Shown here: piece after piece, positions 44,637-53,700 of the stretch
How the letters are laid out: every line of letters begins with the position of its first letter
Numbering within the stretch: the stretch's first letter is position 1
DNA from: Chloroflexota bacterium
Lineage (GTDB): Bacteria; Chloroflexota; Limnocylindria; Limnocylindrales; CSP1-4
Assembly (NCBI GenBank): GCA_021802585.1
Contig: JAJZRQ010000005.1
Location: 761 to 64,760, forward strand
Direction: 5' to 3'
DNA length: 64,000 nucleotides
Position numbers and translations under genes: made by a program
The notes under the pieces: model-generated
The model's database searches: none
What the model saw: only the letters and a program-made list of their open reading frames with translations
What the model was told of the DNA's origin: nothing

Positions 44637-45455
44637 ATGACACTCGCCACCGTCATCAAGGGACCTGAGGGGGTCGTGCTGGCCGCCGAGAGTCGGGTCA
44701 CGCTGCGCGTCGCGACTGGCGGTCGTGAGCGCGAGAGCACGTTCGATCATGCAACCAAAGTGCTGAGTTTCGGAGCGCCGAACACCGGCTTCGGCGCAGT
44801 CACGTACGGGGTGGGCGTTCTCGGTCGTGACCGCACCGCGGCGAGCTTCATTCCCGAGTTCGAGGCGACGCTGCCAGATGAAGCGATCCCTGTTGCGGAG
44901 TTCGCAAGCCGACTTGGCGACTTCTTCCGGGTCCAGTGGCAGGCCAACCCGCCGACAGCCAAGCCCGCGGACGCCATGTCATTCCTGGTCGCGGGATTCG
45001 ACGCCGACGATGCCTACGCCCGGGTGTTCCAGTTGGACGTCCCGATCACGGTCACGCCGATCGAGCATTTCCTGGCGCCCCATCAACCTCCATTCGGGGC
45101 GCGCTGGGGCGGTCAGAAGAAGATCGTTGAGCGATTGTTGGCCGGCTTCGATCCGCTCCTTCCCGAGATGGTCCGGCACCGCCTCGGTCTCGATCCGAAA
45201 CAAATGGACGAAATGCGTGAGGCGGTATCAGCGCTCGAGCTCTCGGTGCCGTGGGAGGCTATGGCTCTGCAGGACTGCATCGACCTTGCGATCTTTGGAA
45301 TCCGCTCGACCATCAGCGCTCAGGCCCTGTCCCTGGAAGTCCGTGGCTGCGGTGGGGCGATCGACGTGGCTGTAATAACGCGGCGCGAGGGGTTGCGATT
45401 CGTACAACGCAAAGCGCTCGTCGGCGACCATCCGAGCGGTCGGACGGAGACCTGA
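44637..45455 (+). CDS. Proteasome beta-subunit/HslV-like Ntn threonine protease
   Basis: MTLATVIKGPEGVVLAAESRVT (Thr right after Met, Glu17, Arg19), TKVLSF (Lys33 equivalent). C-terminal GGAIDVAVITRREG closely matches archaeal beta subunits. Confidence 0.8.
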   Translation: MTLATVIKGPEGVVLAAESRVTLRVATGGRERESTFDHATKVLSFGAPNTGFGAVTYGVGVLGRDRTAASFIPEFEATLPDEAIPVAEFASRLGDFFRVQWQANPPTAKPADAMSFLVAGFDADDAYARVFQLDVPITVTPIEHFLAPHQPPFGARWGGQKKIVERLLAGFDPLLPEMVRHRLGLDPKQMDEMREAVSALELSVPWEAMALQDCIDLAIFGIRSTISAQALSLEVRGCGGAIDVAVITRREGLRFVQRKALVGDHPSGRTET

Positions 45456-45485
45456 GGCTCCGGACACGATCCCTCGGACGACTGC

Positions 45486-46439
45486 CTACCGCCCCTTGTT
45501 GCCCATGAGCCGATCGGCCGGCGACGCCCCGCGGTGGCGCTCGACGAGGTCGACGTCGGCGAGGGCGACATATCGCTTGACCATGTCGAGCGTCGTGTGG
45601 CCGAGGATCCGCTGGAGGCTGAACACGTCGCCGCCGTTGACGAGATAGCTCCGAGCGAACGTGTGGCGGAGCGAGTGCGGACTGAGCCGGCCCGTCACCC
45701 CGATCCTCGTCTTCAGCCGACGGATCGCCTGCTGGATGCCGCGGCCGTCGATCGGCCCGCGCCGGCCGAGGAAGAGGGGATCGTCGGCTGCCCCGGGGCC
45801 GCGCTGACCGAGGTAGCGGACGATCGCCTGCCGGGCGGTCCCACCGACCGGCACGATCCGCTCCTTCGATCCCTTGCCGCGGACCTTGAGCGTCCCGTCG
45901 ACCCGCAGGTCGCCGAGGCGCAGCCCACCCGCCTCGGACACCCGCAGGCCGGTGTCGAGCAGTAGGAGGAGGATCGCCCGGTCGCGCAGACCGGCGACCG
46001 CGAGCAGCCTCCGCATCGCGTCGTCCCCGACCGGCTCGATGAGCCTCTCGGGGACGCGCGGCTTGCGCAGTGCCCGCAGCGCCGTGGCCCGTGCGAGCTC
46101 CTCGGCCGCCAGCCAGTTGCCGAGGACCTTGAGGGTCCGGACGTAGCCGGCGACACTGATCGGCGAGAGCGTCGAGCGGAGCTCGAGCAGCCAGGCCCGC
46201 AGGTCGGCCCCGTCAAGGCTGTCGACCGGCCGGCCGTCGCCGAGCGAGGTCACCGCTCGGCGCAAGATCATTCGATACCAGGTGAGGGTCTTCGCGGCGG
46301 CGCCCTCGGCGGCCTTCGCCGCGAGGAACAACTCGACCGCCCGGCCGAGCGTCAGGTGCCCGTCAGAATCAGGTGCCCATAGATTCTGAGTGCCCGAATC
46401 AGGTGCCCAAAGATCAGGGGAGTCAGGTGCCCAAACCAT
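45486..46439 (-). CDS. Tyrosine recombinase/integrase, Int-2 (homolog of Int-1)
   Basis: LLLLDTGLRVSEA, HSLRHTFA, LGHT...VKRY. Start uncertain (ATG 46439 or GTG 46484). The N-terminal WAPDS repeats may be non-coding DNA repeats. Confidence 0.9.
   Translation of the reverse strand: MVWAPDSPDLWAPDSGTQNLWAPDSDGHLTLGRAVELFLAAKAAEGAAAKTLTWYRMILRRAVTSLGDGRPVDSLDGADLRAWLLELRSTLSPISVAGYVRTLKVLGNWLAAEELARATALRALRKPRVPERLIEPVGDDAMRRLLAVAGLRDRAILLLLLDTGLRVSEAGGLRLGDLRVDGTLKVRGKGSKERIVPVGGTARQAIVRYLGQRGPGAADDPLFLGRRGPIDGRGIQQAIRRLKTRIGVTGRLSPHSLRHTFARSYLVNGGDVFSLQRILGHTTLDMVKRYVALADVDLVERHRGASPADRLMGNKGR
46352..46432. repeat. Array of five TCAGGTGCCC decamers
   Basis: Copies at 46352, 46369, 46399 and 46423, plus a degenerate copy (TGAGTGCCC) at 46387. 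The same 9-mer TCAGGTGCC occurs inside both tRNA-Gln genes (46586, 48513). Confidence 0.6.
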
Positions 46440-46510
46440 GTCCGTCGCCTCCTGCGACGGACCACCGTTCGGGGCTCCGACCACGACATCTGGTGCTCCG
46501 GGTCCTCATT

Positions 46511-46529
46511 GACCACAACATCTTGTGGT
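46511..46529 (-). terminator. Short hairpin just downstream of tRNA-Gln-1
   Basis: ACCACAA-CATC-TTGTGGT (7-bp stem); no U-tract. Confidence 0.25.
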
Positions 46530-46540
46530 TTGAGGCGGAG

Positions 46541-46615
46541 TTGGCTGGCGAGGAAGGATTCGAACCTTCAATCCCCTGATCCAGAGTCAGGTGCCTTACC
46601 GTTAGGCCACTCGCC
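46541..46615 (-). tRNA. tRNA-Gln (anticodon CTG), copy 1, CCA encoded
   Basis: Manual fold of the minus strand: acceptor TGGCGAG/CTCGCCA, D arm GCCT..AGGC, anticodon arm CCTGA-CTCTGGA-TCAGG, T arm GAAGG-TTCGAAT-CCTTC, discriminator G, CCA. Confidence 0.9.
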
Positions 46616-46687
46616 AGCGATGCCGCAGCGGCGCCCAGAGTCTACCGCGTCGGCTGCGGCCGCCTCAACCGCGGGTCGCCGGTCGCC

Positions 46688-48400
46688 TCAGCCACGCCCA
46701 CCCTGCGGGGTGTCGTGACGGCCCTGGGCCTGGAGCTTCGCCCACGTGTCCTTGAGGGTGAGCGTCCGGTTGAAGACGAGGCGGCCGGGCCTCGAGTCGG
46801 GGTCGGGGCAGAAGTACCCGAGGCGCTCGAACTGCACGGTCGCCCCGGCGGGCGTCTCCGCGAGGTCCGGCTCGACGCGGCAGCCCCGCAGGACGGTCTC
46901 CGACGCGGGGTTGAGATCGGCGAAGAGGTCGCCGTCGGCTCCCGGGTCGGGCCGCGAGAACAGGTGGTCGTAGAGCCGCACCTCCGCGGGCACGGCGTGG
47001 GCGGCGGAGACCCAGTGGAGCGTCGCCTTCGGCCGGCGGCCGTCGGGGGCGTCGCCGCCGCGGGTCGATGGGTCGTGCGTGCAGCGGAGCTCCACGACGC
47101 GGCCGGCCTCGTCCTTCACGACCTCGCGGCAGGTGATGAAGTACGCCGAGCGGAGGCGGACCTCGCGCCCGGGGGCCAGGCGGAAGAACTTCGCCGGCGG
47201 CTCCTCCAGGAAGTCGTCGCGCTCGATCCACAGCTCGCGCGAGAACGCCACCGTCCGCGTCCCGGCGGCCGGGTCCTCGGGGTTGTTGGCGACCTCCACC
47301 TCTTCGACCTGCCCCTCGGGGTAGTCCTCGACGACGACCCGGAGGGGGTCGAGGACCGCGAACCGCCGGGGCGCCGTCCGATTGAGGACGTCGCGCACGG
47401 CGTGCTCGAGCATCCCGATCTCGACGACGCTGTCGGCCTTCGCCACGCCGATGAGGGCCGCGAAGTCGCGGATCCCCTCGGCGGGAAAGCCGCGCCGACG
47501 GAGGCCGCTGATCGTCGGCATCCGCGGGTCGTCCCAGCCGCGCACGCGGCCCTCGGTCACGAGGCGCAGGAGGACGCGCTTCGAGAGGACCGTGTGGGTG
47601 AGGTTGAGCCGCGCGAACTCGTACTGCCGCGGGCGCGAGGGGACCGGCAGGTTCTCGATGAGCCAGTCATAGAGCGGCCGGTGGGCCTCGAACTCGAGGG
47701 TGCAGATCGAGTGCGTGATCCCCTCGATCGCGTCGGACTGGCCATGGGCGAAGTCGTACGTCGGGTAGACGCACCAGGCGTCGCCCGTCCGCGGGTGCGC
47801 GGCGTGGACGATCCGGTAGAGGACGGGGTCGCGGAGGTTGATGTTCGGGGAGGCCATGTCGATCTTCGCCCGCAGGACCCGGGCCCCGTTCGGGAACTCG
47901 CCGGCGCGCATCCGCTCGAAGAGGTCCAGGCTCTCGGCGGCCGGGCGGTCCCGCCAGGGGCTGTTCTGGCCCGGCTCGGTGAGCGTCCCACGGTGCTCCC
48001 GGATCTCGTCCGCGGTGAGGTCGTCAACGTACGCCTTGCCGGCCTTCACGAGGTGGACGGCCCAGGCGTAGAGCTGCTCGAAGTAGTCGGAGGCGTGGTG
48101 GAGGTGCTCGCCCCAGTCGAAGCCGAGCCACCGGACGTCCGCCTCGATCGCGTCGAGGTACTCCTGCTCCTCCTTCACCGGGTTCGTGTCGTCGAACCGG
48201 AGGTGGCAGCGGCCGCCGAACTCGGCGGCGATCCCGAAGTTCAGGCAGATCGACTTGGCGTGCCCGATGTGAAGGTACCCGTTCGGCTCCGGCGGGAAGC
48301 GGGTGACGATCGTCGTGTGGCGGCCTTCGCGCAGGTCGGCGGCGACGATCTCGCGGATGAAGTCGGACCGCTCGGCGGCGGTCGGGGTCTCGGTGCTCAC
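46688..48400 (-). CDS. glnS: Glutaminyl-tRNA synthetase
   Basis: [18 protein letters not shown] (HIGH), VLSKR (KMSKS-type), extensive class I GlnRS-like sequence. GTG 48400. The longer ORF to 49354 runs through tRNA-Gln-2 and is an artefact. Confidence 0.92.
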   Translation of the reverse strand: MSTETPTAAERSDFIREIVAADLREGRHTTIVTRFPPEPNGYLHIGHAKSICLNFGIAAEFGGRCHLRFDDTNPVKEEQEYLDAIEADVRWLGFDWGEHLHHASDYFEQLYAWAVHLVKAGKAYVDDLTADEIREHRGTLTEPGQNSPWRDRPAAESLDLFERMRAGEFPNGARVLRAKIDMASPNINLRDPVLYRIVHAAHPRTGDAWCVYPTYDFAHGQSDAIEGITHSICTLEFEAHRPLYDWLIENLPVPSRPRQYEFARLNLTHTVLSKRVLLRLVTEGRVRGWDDPRMPTISGLRRRGFPAEGIRDFAALIGVAKADSVVEIGMLEHAVRDVLNRTAPRRFAVLDPLRVVVEDYPEGQVEEVEVANNPEDPAAGTRTVAFSRELWIERDDFLEEPPAKFFRLAPGREVRLRSAYFITCREVVKDEAGRVVELRCTHDPSTRGGDAPDGRRPKATLHWVSAAHAVPAEVRLYDHLFSRPDPGADGDLFADLNPASETVLRGCRVEPDLAETPAGATVQFERLGYFCPDPDSRPGRLVFNRTLTLKDTWAKLQAQGRHDTPQGGRG

Positions 48401-48467
48401 CTGGCGGCGCCTCTTCGGATGCCGGGGGAGGCGCGGCTCGCGGTGGCGCACCACACTCCGGGGGAGT

Positions 48468-48542
48468 TGGCTGGCGAGCAAGGATTCGAACCTTGAATCC
48501 CCTGATCCAGAGTCAGGTGCCTTACCGTTTGGCCACTCGCCA
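48468..48542 (-). tRNA. tRNA-Gln (anticodon CTG), copy 2, CCA encoded
   Basis: Same fold as copy 1. Differs at 3 positions: one in the D loop and a compensated pair in the T stem (CAAGG/CCTTG versus GAAGG/CCTTC). Confidence 0.9.
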
Positions 48543-48630
48543 GCGACCGCCGCGCATGATACCCGATGTCGGGAGGGGGCCCGGCCTGGTGGGGCGGGCC
48601 GGGCGAGGCGGCCCGCCGGGGCCGCCGGCG

Positions 48631-49146
48631 CTAGCCTCGGTGGTGGTAGCGCTCCATGACGTCCGCGACGGCGGCGCGCGCCTCCGCCCACTCCGGCTCG
48701 TCCCCGAGGACGGACGCCCCCGCGCCCCAGCGCGCGAGCTGGGTCATCGCCGTGACGACGGCGTCGTGGCGGGCAGCCCGGGAGCGGCCGGCGTCGACGA
48801 CCCCGGTGACGAGATAGCGCCGGACGAGGTCGAACGGGGCCCGCCAGCGGCCGATCCGGACCCGGTCGCCCTCGCGGAGCGACTCCAGCCACTCGTCGTC
48901 GCCGACCGGCGCCCGGTCGTGCTCGTGGACGTGGGCGACGACGGGGATCCGCCGGGCCGGGGCGAGGGGCGACGGGATGAGTCCGTCCGGGTCGGCCGTG
49001 CGGTAGCAGACGGGGCAGCTGGGGAGCGGGACGTCGTCGCGGGGCGGCGCCCCGAACGGGAGGCCGCAGCGGCCGCAGACGGCGACGCCCGGCCGGCGGG
49101 CGACGGTGCCGCACTGGAGGCAGGCCGGGAGGTGGGCGACGGCCAC
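48631..49146 (-). CDS. Hypothetical zinc-ribbon protein
   Basis: CLQCG...CGRCG and CPVC Cys pairs at the N-terminus. No family recognised. Confidence 0.45.
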   Translation of the reverse strand: MAVAHLPACLQCGTVARRPGVAVCGRCGLPFGAPPRDDVPLPSCPVCYRTADPDGLIPSPLAPARRIPVVAHVHEHDRAPVGDDEWLESLREGDRVRIGRWRAPFDLVRRYLVTGVVDAGRSRAARHDAVVTAMTQLARWGAGASVLGDEPEWAEARAAVADVMERYHHRG

Positions 49147-49455
49147 GGCTCAGGACGTCGGGTGGCCGAAGGCCGGCCGGACCAGGGCGAGCGGCCCGCG
49201 GGCGGAGGACCCGACATCGTGCGACGCCGCCGCCGCGGCGCGGCCGCGGAACGACGGCGCGCGCATCCCGCGGCGGGCGGGCAGCGTCGGAGGAAGGTGG
49301 CGGGCGCGGTGGAGCACGGGCCCGATGCTCGCGCGCGCCGGTGCGCGGGTGCAATGGCCCGGGGGTCCGGGGGACGAAGGTCCGGGTCGGGCGGCGGCCG
49401 CCCCCGCCGCGCTCGCGGATGCGGCACCATGGGCGGACCGCAGCCGAGGAGCCCG

Positions 49456-50718
49456 ATGCCCGCGTTCGATCCCACCGCCCTCCGCCCCGAGTTCCCCGCC
49501 CTCGCCCTCGCGGAGGGTGATCGGCCGGTCGTCTTCCTCGACGGGCCCGGCGGCACGCAGGTGCCCCGCCGCGTGATCGACGCCGTCGCCGACTACTACC
49601 GCGCGTCGAATGCGAACCACGGCGGCGCCTTCGCGACGAGCGTCCGCTCCGACGCGATGCTCGATGAGGCCCATGCGGCGGTCGCGGACCTCGTCGGCGC
49701 CGCCTCGCCGGCCGAGGTGACGTTCGGCCAGAACATGACCTCGCTCACGTTCGCCCTCTCGCGCTCGATCGCCCGCGTCCTCCGGCCGGGCGACGAGGTC
49801 GTCGTCAGCCGCCTCGACCACGAGGCGAACCGCGCTCCCTGGATCGCGGCCGCCGCCGACGCCGGCGCGACCGTCCGGGAGGTCGCCGTCGACCGGGCGA
49901 CCTGCACCCTCGACCTCGAGTCGCTCGACGCGGCGCTCTCGGCGCGGACCCGCCTCGTCGCGGTCGGCCTGGCGTCGAACGCGACCGGCACGGTGAACCC
50001 GGTGGTCGAGATCGTTCGCCGCGCCCACGCCGCCGGCGCGTGGGCGTTCGTCGACGCCGTCCACTACGCGCCCCACGGCCCGCTCGACGTGGCCGCGCTC
50101 GACGCCGACTTCCTGGCCTGCTCGGCATACAAGTTCTTCGGGCCCCACGTCGGGATCCTGTGGGGCCGCGCCGCGATCCTCGACGCCCTGCCCGCGTACA
50201 AGGTGCGGCCGGCCGAGGATCGCTGGGAGACCGGCACGCAGAACCACGAGGGGATCGCCGGGACCCTTGCCGCGGTCGAGTACCTCGCCGGGGTGGGGGA
50301 GCGCTTCGGCGACGTCCGGGAGGGCGCCGGCCGGCGCGAGCTCCTCGTCGCCGGGATGCGGGCGATCGAGGGCCACGAGCGGACGCTCTCCCTGCGGCTC
50401 CTGGCCGGGCTCCCGTCGATCCCCGGCCTCGTGCTCCACGGCCTCGCCGACCCGGCCCGGGTTGCCGAGCGGACGCCGACGTTCGCGATCACGATCGGCG
50501 GCTGGTCGCCGCGCGCGCTCGCGGAGGCGCTGGCCGGCGAGGGGATCTACGCGTGGGACGGCGACTTCTACGCGACGACGCTCGTCGAGGACCTCGGCCT
50601 CGCCGGGAGCGGCGGCGTCGTCCGCGTCGGGTTCGCCCACTACACGACGGCCGCGGAGGTGGACCGGCTCCTCGTGACGCTCGGCTCGCTGGCGGCGGCG
50701 AGGTCATCCGGGCGCTGA
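49456..50718 (+). CDS. Class V aminotransferase (cysteine desulfurase-family protein)
   Basis: [22 protein letters not shown] and the PLP-Lys context [21 protein letters not shown]. Confidence 0.85.
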   Translation: MPAFDPTALRPEFPALALAEGDRPVVFLDGPGGTQVPRRVIDAVADYYRASNANHGGAFATSVRSDAMLDEAHAAVADLVGAASPAEVTFGQNMTSLTFALSRSIARVLRPGDEVVVSRLDHEANRAPWIAAAADAGATVREVAVDRATCTLDLESLDAALSARTRLVAVGLASNATGTVNPVVEIVRRAHAAGAWAFVDAVHYAPHGPLDVAALDADFLACSAYKFFGPHVGILWGRAAILDALPAYKVRPAEDRWETGTQNHEGIAGTLAAVEYLAGVGERFGDVREGAGRRELLVAGMRAIEGHERTLSLRLLAGLPSIPGLVLHGLADPARVAERTPTFAITIGGWSPRALAEALAGEGIYAWDGDFYATTLVEDLGLAGSGGVVRVGFAHYTTAAEVDRLLVTLGSLAAARSSGR

Positions 50719-50770
50719 GCGCGGCGAGGTCATCCGGGCGCTGGCCCGCGGGCGTCCCAGGCGCGCGCGG

Positions 50771-53700
50771 TCAGCCCCCCGTCGGACCCGGCGCGGGCGT
50801 CGTCGGGGCCGGCGTCGTCGTGCCGGGCCCGGGCGTCGCCTCCGGTGCACCGCCCCCGCCGGGCGTCCCGGAGGCGCGGGCCGCCGCGGCCGACATCCGC
50901 TCGAGCTGCGCGGCGAGCGCGAGGAGCGAGCCGCGGATCGCCGACCCGGTCCGGCTCAGCTTCGCCGTCGCCATGACGAGCATCTGGATCGCCGCGAAGT
51001 TCACCTGCTGGCCGCCCATCGCGGCCTGGCGGTTGAGGGTCATGAGGACCCTCTGGGATTCCGCGCGGAACTGGCCGAGGGCCGACGAGACGTCCCGCTC
51101 GACCTCGCCGGCCTCCGTCTGGAGTCGCGAGAGGAGCGTGACGTCGGCCTCGCCCTTCGCCTCGTGGAGGAGCTTCTGGAGCCGCGCGGCGAGGTCGTCC
51201 CAGGCGCTCTCGTCGGGGACGACGACCCCCAGGTCGCGCATGAGCTCCCGGAACCGGTTGCCGTACTTGGCGACCCCCTTGATCGCCCCGACCGCGTCCT
51301 CGGTCGCCACGAAGCCGGTCCGCAGGAGCGACGTGGCCTCGGCGTTCAGCTTCGGGAGCTGGTCGAGGAGCGCCGTGTACACGTGCTCGGGGAGCGCCGT
51401 CGTCTGGCCCGCGAGGAGGCCCTCCGCGAGCGACACGATCTGGCGCGTCGCCCCGCCGGAGAAGTAGCCGCCGCCCTCCGTCGCGTTGATGAGGCCCTGG
51501 CTGTCGCCGATCTGCTGGACGAGCGACTTCTGGGCCGCCTTGTCGCCGCCCTGGATCGCCTGCTCCAGCTGGGTGTGGAGGTCGTCGATCTTCGTGTAGA
51601 GGGCGGCCCGGTCGCCCTCGCTCAGCGGCCGGAACGTCGCCTTCGGGACCCCCAGCTGCTCCATCTGCTGCTCGATCGCCCGGACGAGCTGGTCGTTGCC
51701 CGCCTGCTGCGCGTCGTGGAGGGTCTTGTTGAGGATCGTCGCCTCGGCGACCTTCTCGGCCCGGGCGCTCACCTCGGCGCGGAGGGCCGGGTCCAGCTGG
51801 TCGTAGAGGTGGAGCCGTCGCGGGTCGGTGAAGAAGTCGGCGAGGAGGAGCTCGCCGAGGCGGTCCGGCGTCGTCCCGGCGCGCCCGGCCATGAACGAGC
51901 GCACCGCGGACCGGTTCTTCGACGCGTGCGGCCCGAGGAGGCTGACGTCGAAGTCGTTCGTGAACGCGCCCTGGCTGCCCGTCCGCTTCACCGCGACCTG
52001 GCCGGTCTCCCGGTCGATCCCGCCGGGCAGCTCCCGGACGAAAGCCTCGATGTCCCCGATCATCCCGTCGCGCCACCGCATGATCGCCTTGCCGGCCGCG
52101 GACTCGTTGCCGAGCGTCATCGAGAGGGTCCGCCAGCCGCCGTTCATGTCGAGGACGCGCTTCGGCCCGAATCGCTCGACGGCGAGGGCCGCCACCTGCT
52201 CGGCGACGGCGGGGTCGGCCGCCTTCTCCGCGGCGAGGTTCCCGGCGCGCCGGGCGAACTCCGCGGGGCTCAGCTTCAGGAGGTCCTGCGACGCGCCGGC
52301 GAGGGCCCTGAGGCGGGCCGCGATCGGCGATTCCTCGCCGACGATCTCGAGGAGCTGGGCGGCGTTCCGCCCGGTCCGGGCCGCGACCGTCTCCGCGCCG
52401 AGCTCGGAGACGGCCCGCTCGACGAGTGCCCTGTCCGGCGCCCGGCCGGCGAGCTCGGCGAGCTCCTCGAGGATCCGGCCGCCGGCCTTCGAGCCCGCCG
52501 CGAGGGCCGCGCGGTCCACCGCCCCGCTGAGGGCGCGGCCGAGCGGCTTCGCCGCCGAGAGGGCGTCGACGGCGACCATCGCCGTGGCGAGCGCGGCCTC
52601 GAAGACCGCCATCTCGGCCTGGCCGGAGGCGAGGAGCTCGGTCCCGCCCCCGGTGGTCGCCCGGGCGGCCTGGGTCATCTCCATCGCCTTGTCCCAGGCG
52701 ACGGCCGCCTGGCCGGCCCCGATCCCGACGCCGAAGCCGACGAGGGCCGCCGTCGCCATCCCCGCGGTCGCGAACTCGGCGAGGATGAACGCCGCCGCGG
52801 CGAGGGTCGAGAGGCCCATCGTCTTCCAGAACTCGGCCGTCGACTCGAGGTCGAGGACCTCCTTGGCGAGGGCCTGGGCGGCGGCGTCCTTCCAGTCCAC
52901 GCCGGTCGTCCCGCGGGCCCCGCCGAAGAGCTGGTTGTGGATCGGTGTGAGCTCGTAGGCGAGCGATCCGGCGAGCTTCGGCCGGGTCGAGCGGATCGAA
53001 TCGCGGGTCGAGGTCAGCATCCCGAGGATCGCAGCCCGGGCGGCGCGCGGGTCCTCCGTCGCGCTGGCCGCCTCCATCGGGCGGTCGCCGCCCATCATCC
53101 CGATCCCGACGACGGGATAGGCGATCGAGAGGCCCTGCATGATCGCCTCGAGGACGTCCCACTGGGCCTTCACGTCGCGGTACGGCACGGGAGCGAGCGT
53201 CTCCGGCGACGCGCCGGCGGCCCGCGCCTTCTCGATGCGGTCGGCCGGCGGGTTCGCGTCCGTGGGGTCCGGCGGACGGGCGGGGTCGAACGTGACCGGG
53301 AAGTAGACCGTCCGGTCGGTGAGCATGTAGTACGCGCGCCGGATCCCGACGACGATCGACCTGAGCGACAGCTGGGTCTTCTTGGCGTCCTTCGTGAGCC
53401 GCATCGCGACCGAGAGCTCCGTGAGGCGCTGGGCCTGCTCCTCGGCCGACGGCGCCGCCCCGGGCGCCGCGCCGGGGGCGCCGCCCCCGCCCTCGCCGCC
53501 ACCCTCCTCCGGCACCCCGAGCCGCTTCAGCTCCTCGCCGATGTACTTCTCGTTCGCGTCGAGGTAGCCGCCGGCGATCGAGCGGACGTCGACGAGGAAC
53601 TTGTCGGCCTGGGCCCTGACGATCGGCAGCGTGTAGAGCTCGGCACCGCCCTCGAGGGAGAGCCGCCACAGCTCGGAGTTCGCCCGCGCCTGGTCGAGGA

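Larger units (their letters stand above)
40562..46540. mobile_element. Island segment B (XRE/ImmA, Ubl-E2-JAB-E1-proteasome-beta operon, tyrosine recombinase) at tRNA-Gln
   Basis: Bounded by the att-like repeat at 40562 and the 3-prime end of tRNA-Gln at 46541. The integrase lies next to the tRNA. The 40.6-41.9 kb part is visibly less GC-rich than the surroundings. Confidence 0.55.

Noticed and set aside
35524-45455. Interpretation of the ThiF/Ubl genes as thiamine or molybdopterin sulfur-carrier operons
   Set aside because: No thiG/thiH/thiC or moaE/moaA partners are present. Each set instead contains a JAMM protease and a Cys-containing E2-like protein, and sits on an integrase-bearing island.
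44637-45455. Housekeeping actinobacterial proteasome (prcB)
   Set aside because: There is no adjacent prcA, pup, pafA, dop or mpa. There is no propeptide before Thr1. The gene is embedded in the island operon.
46352-46432. CRISPR-like array
   Set aside because: Repeats are only 10 nt long with irregular 12-24-nt spacing, there are only five copies, they lie inside or next to the integrase 5-prime end, and no cas genes are present.
48401-49354. N-terminal 318-aa extension of the glnS ORF (888-aa version)
   Set aside because: It reads straight through tRNA-Gln copy 2 and through the oppositely supported zinc-ribbon gene region. The composition is Arg/Pro-rich. The conserved GlnRS sequence begins at GTG 48400.
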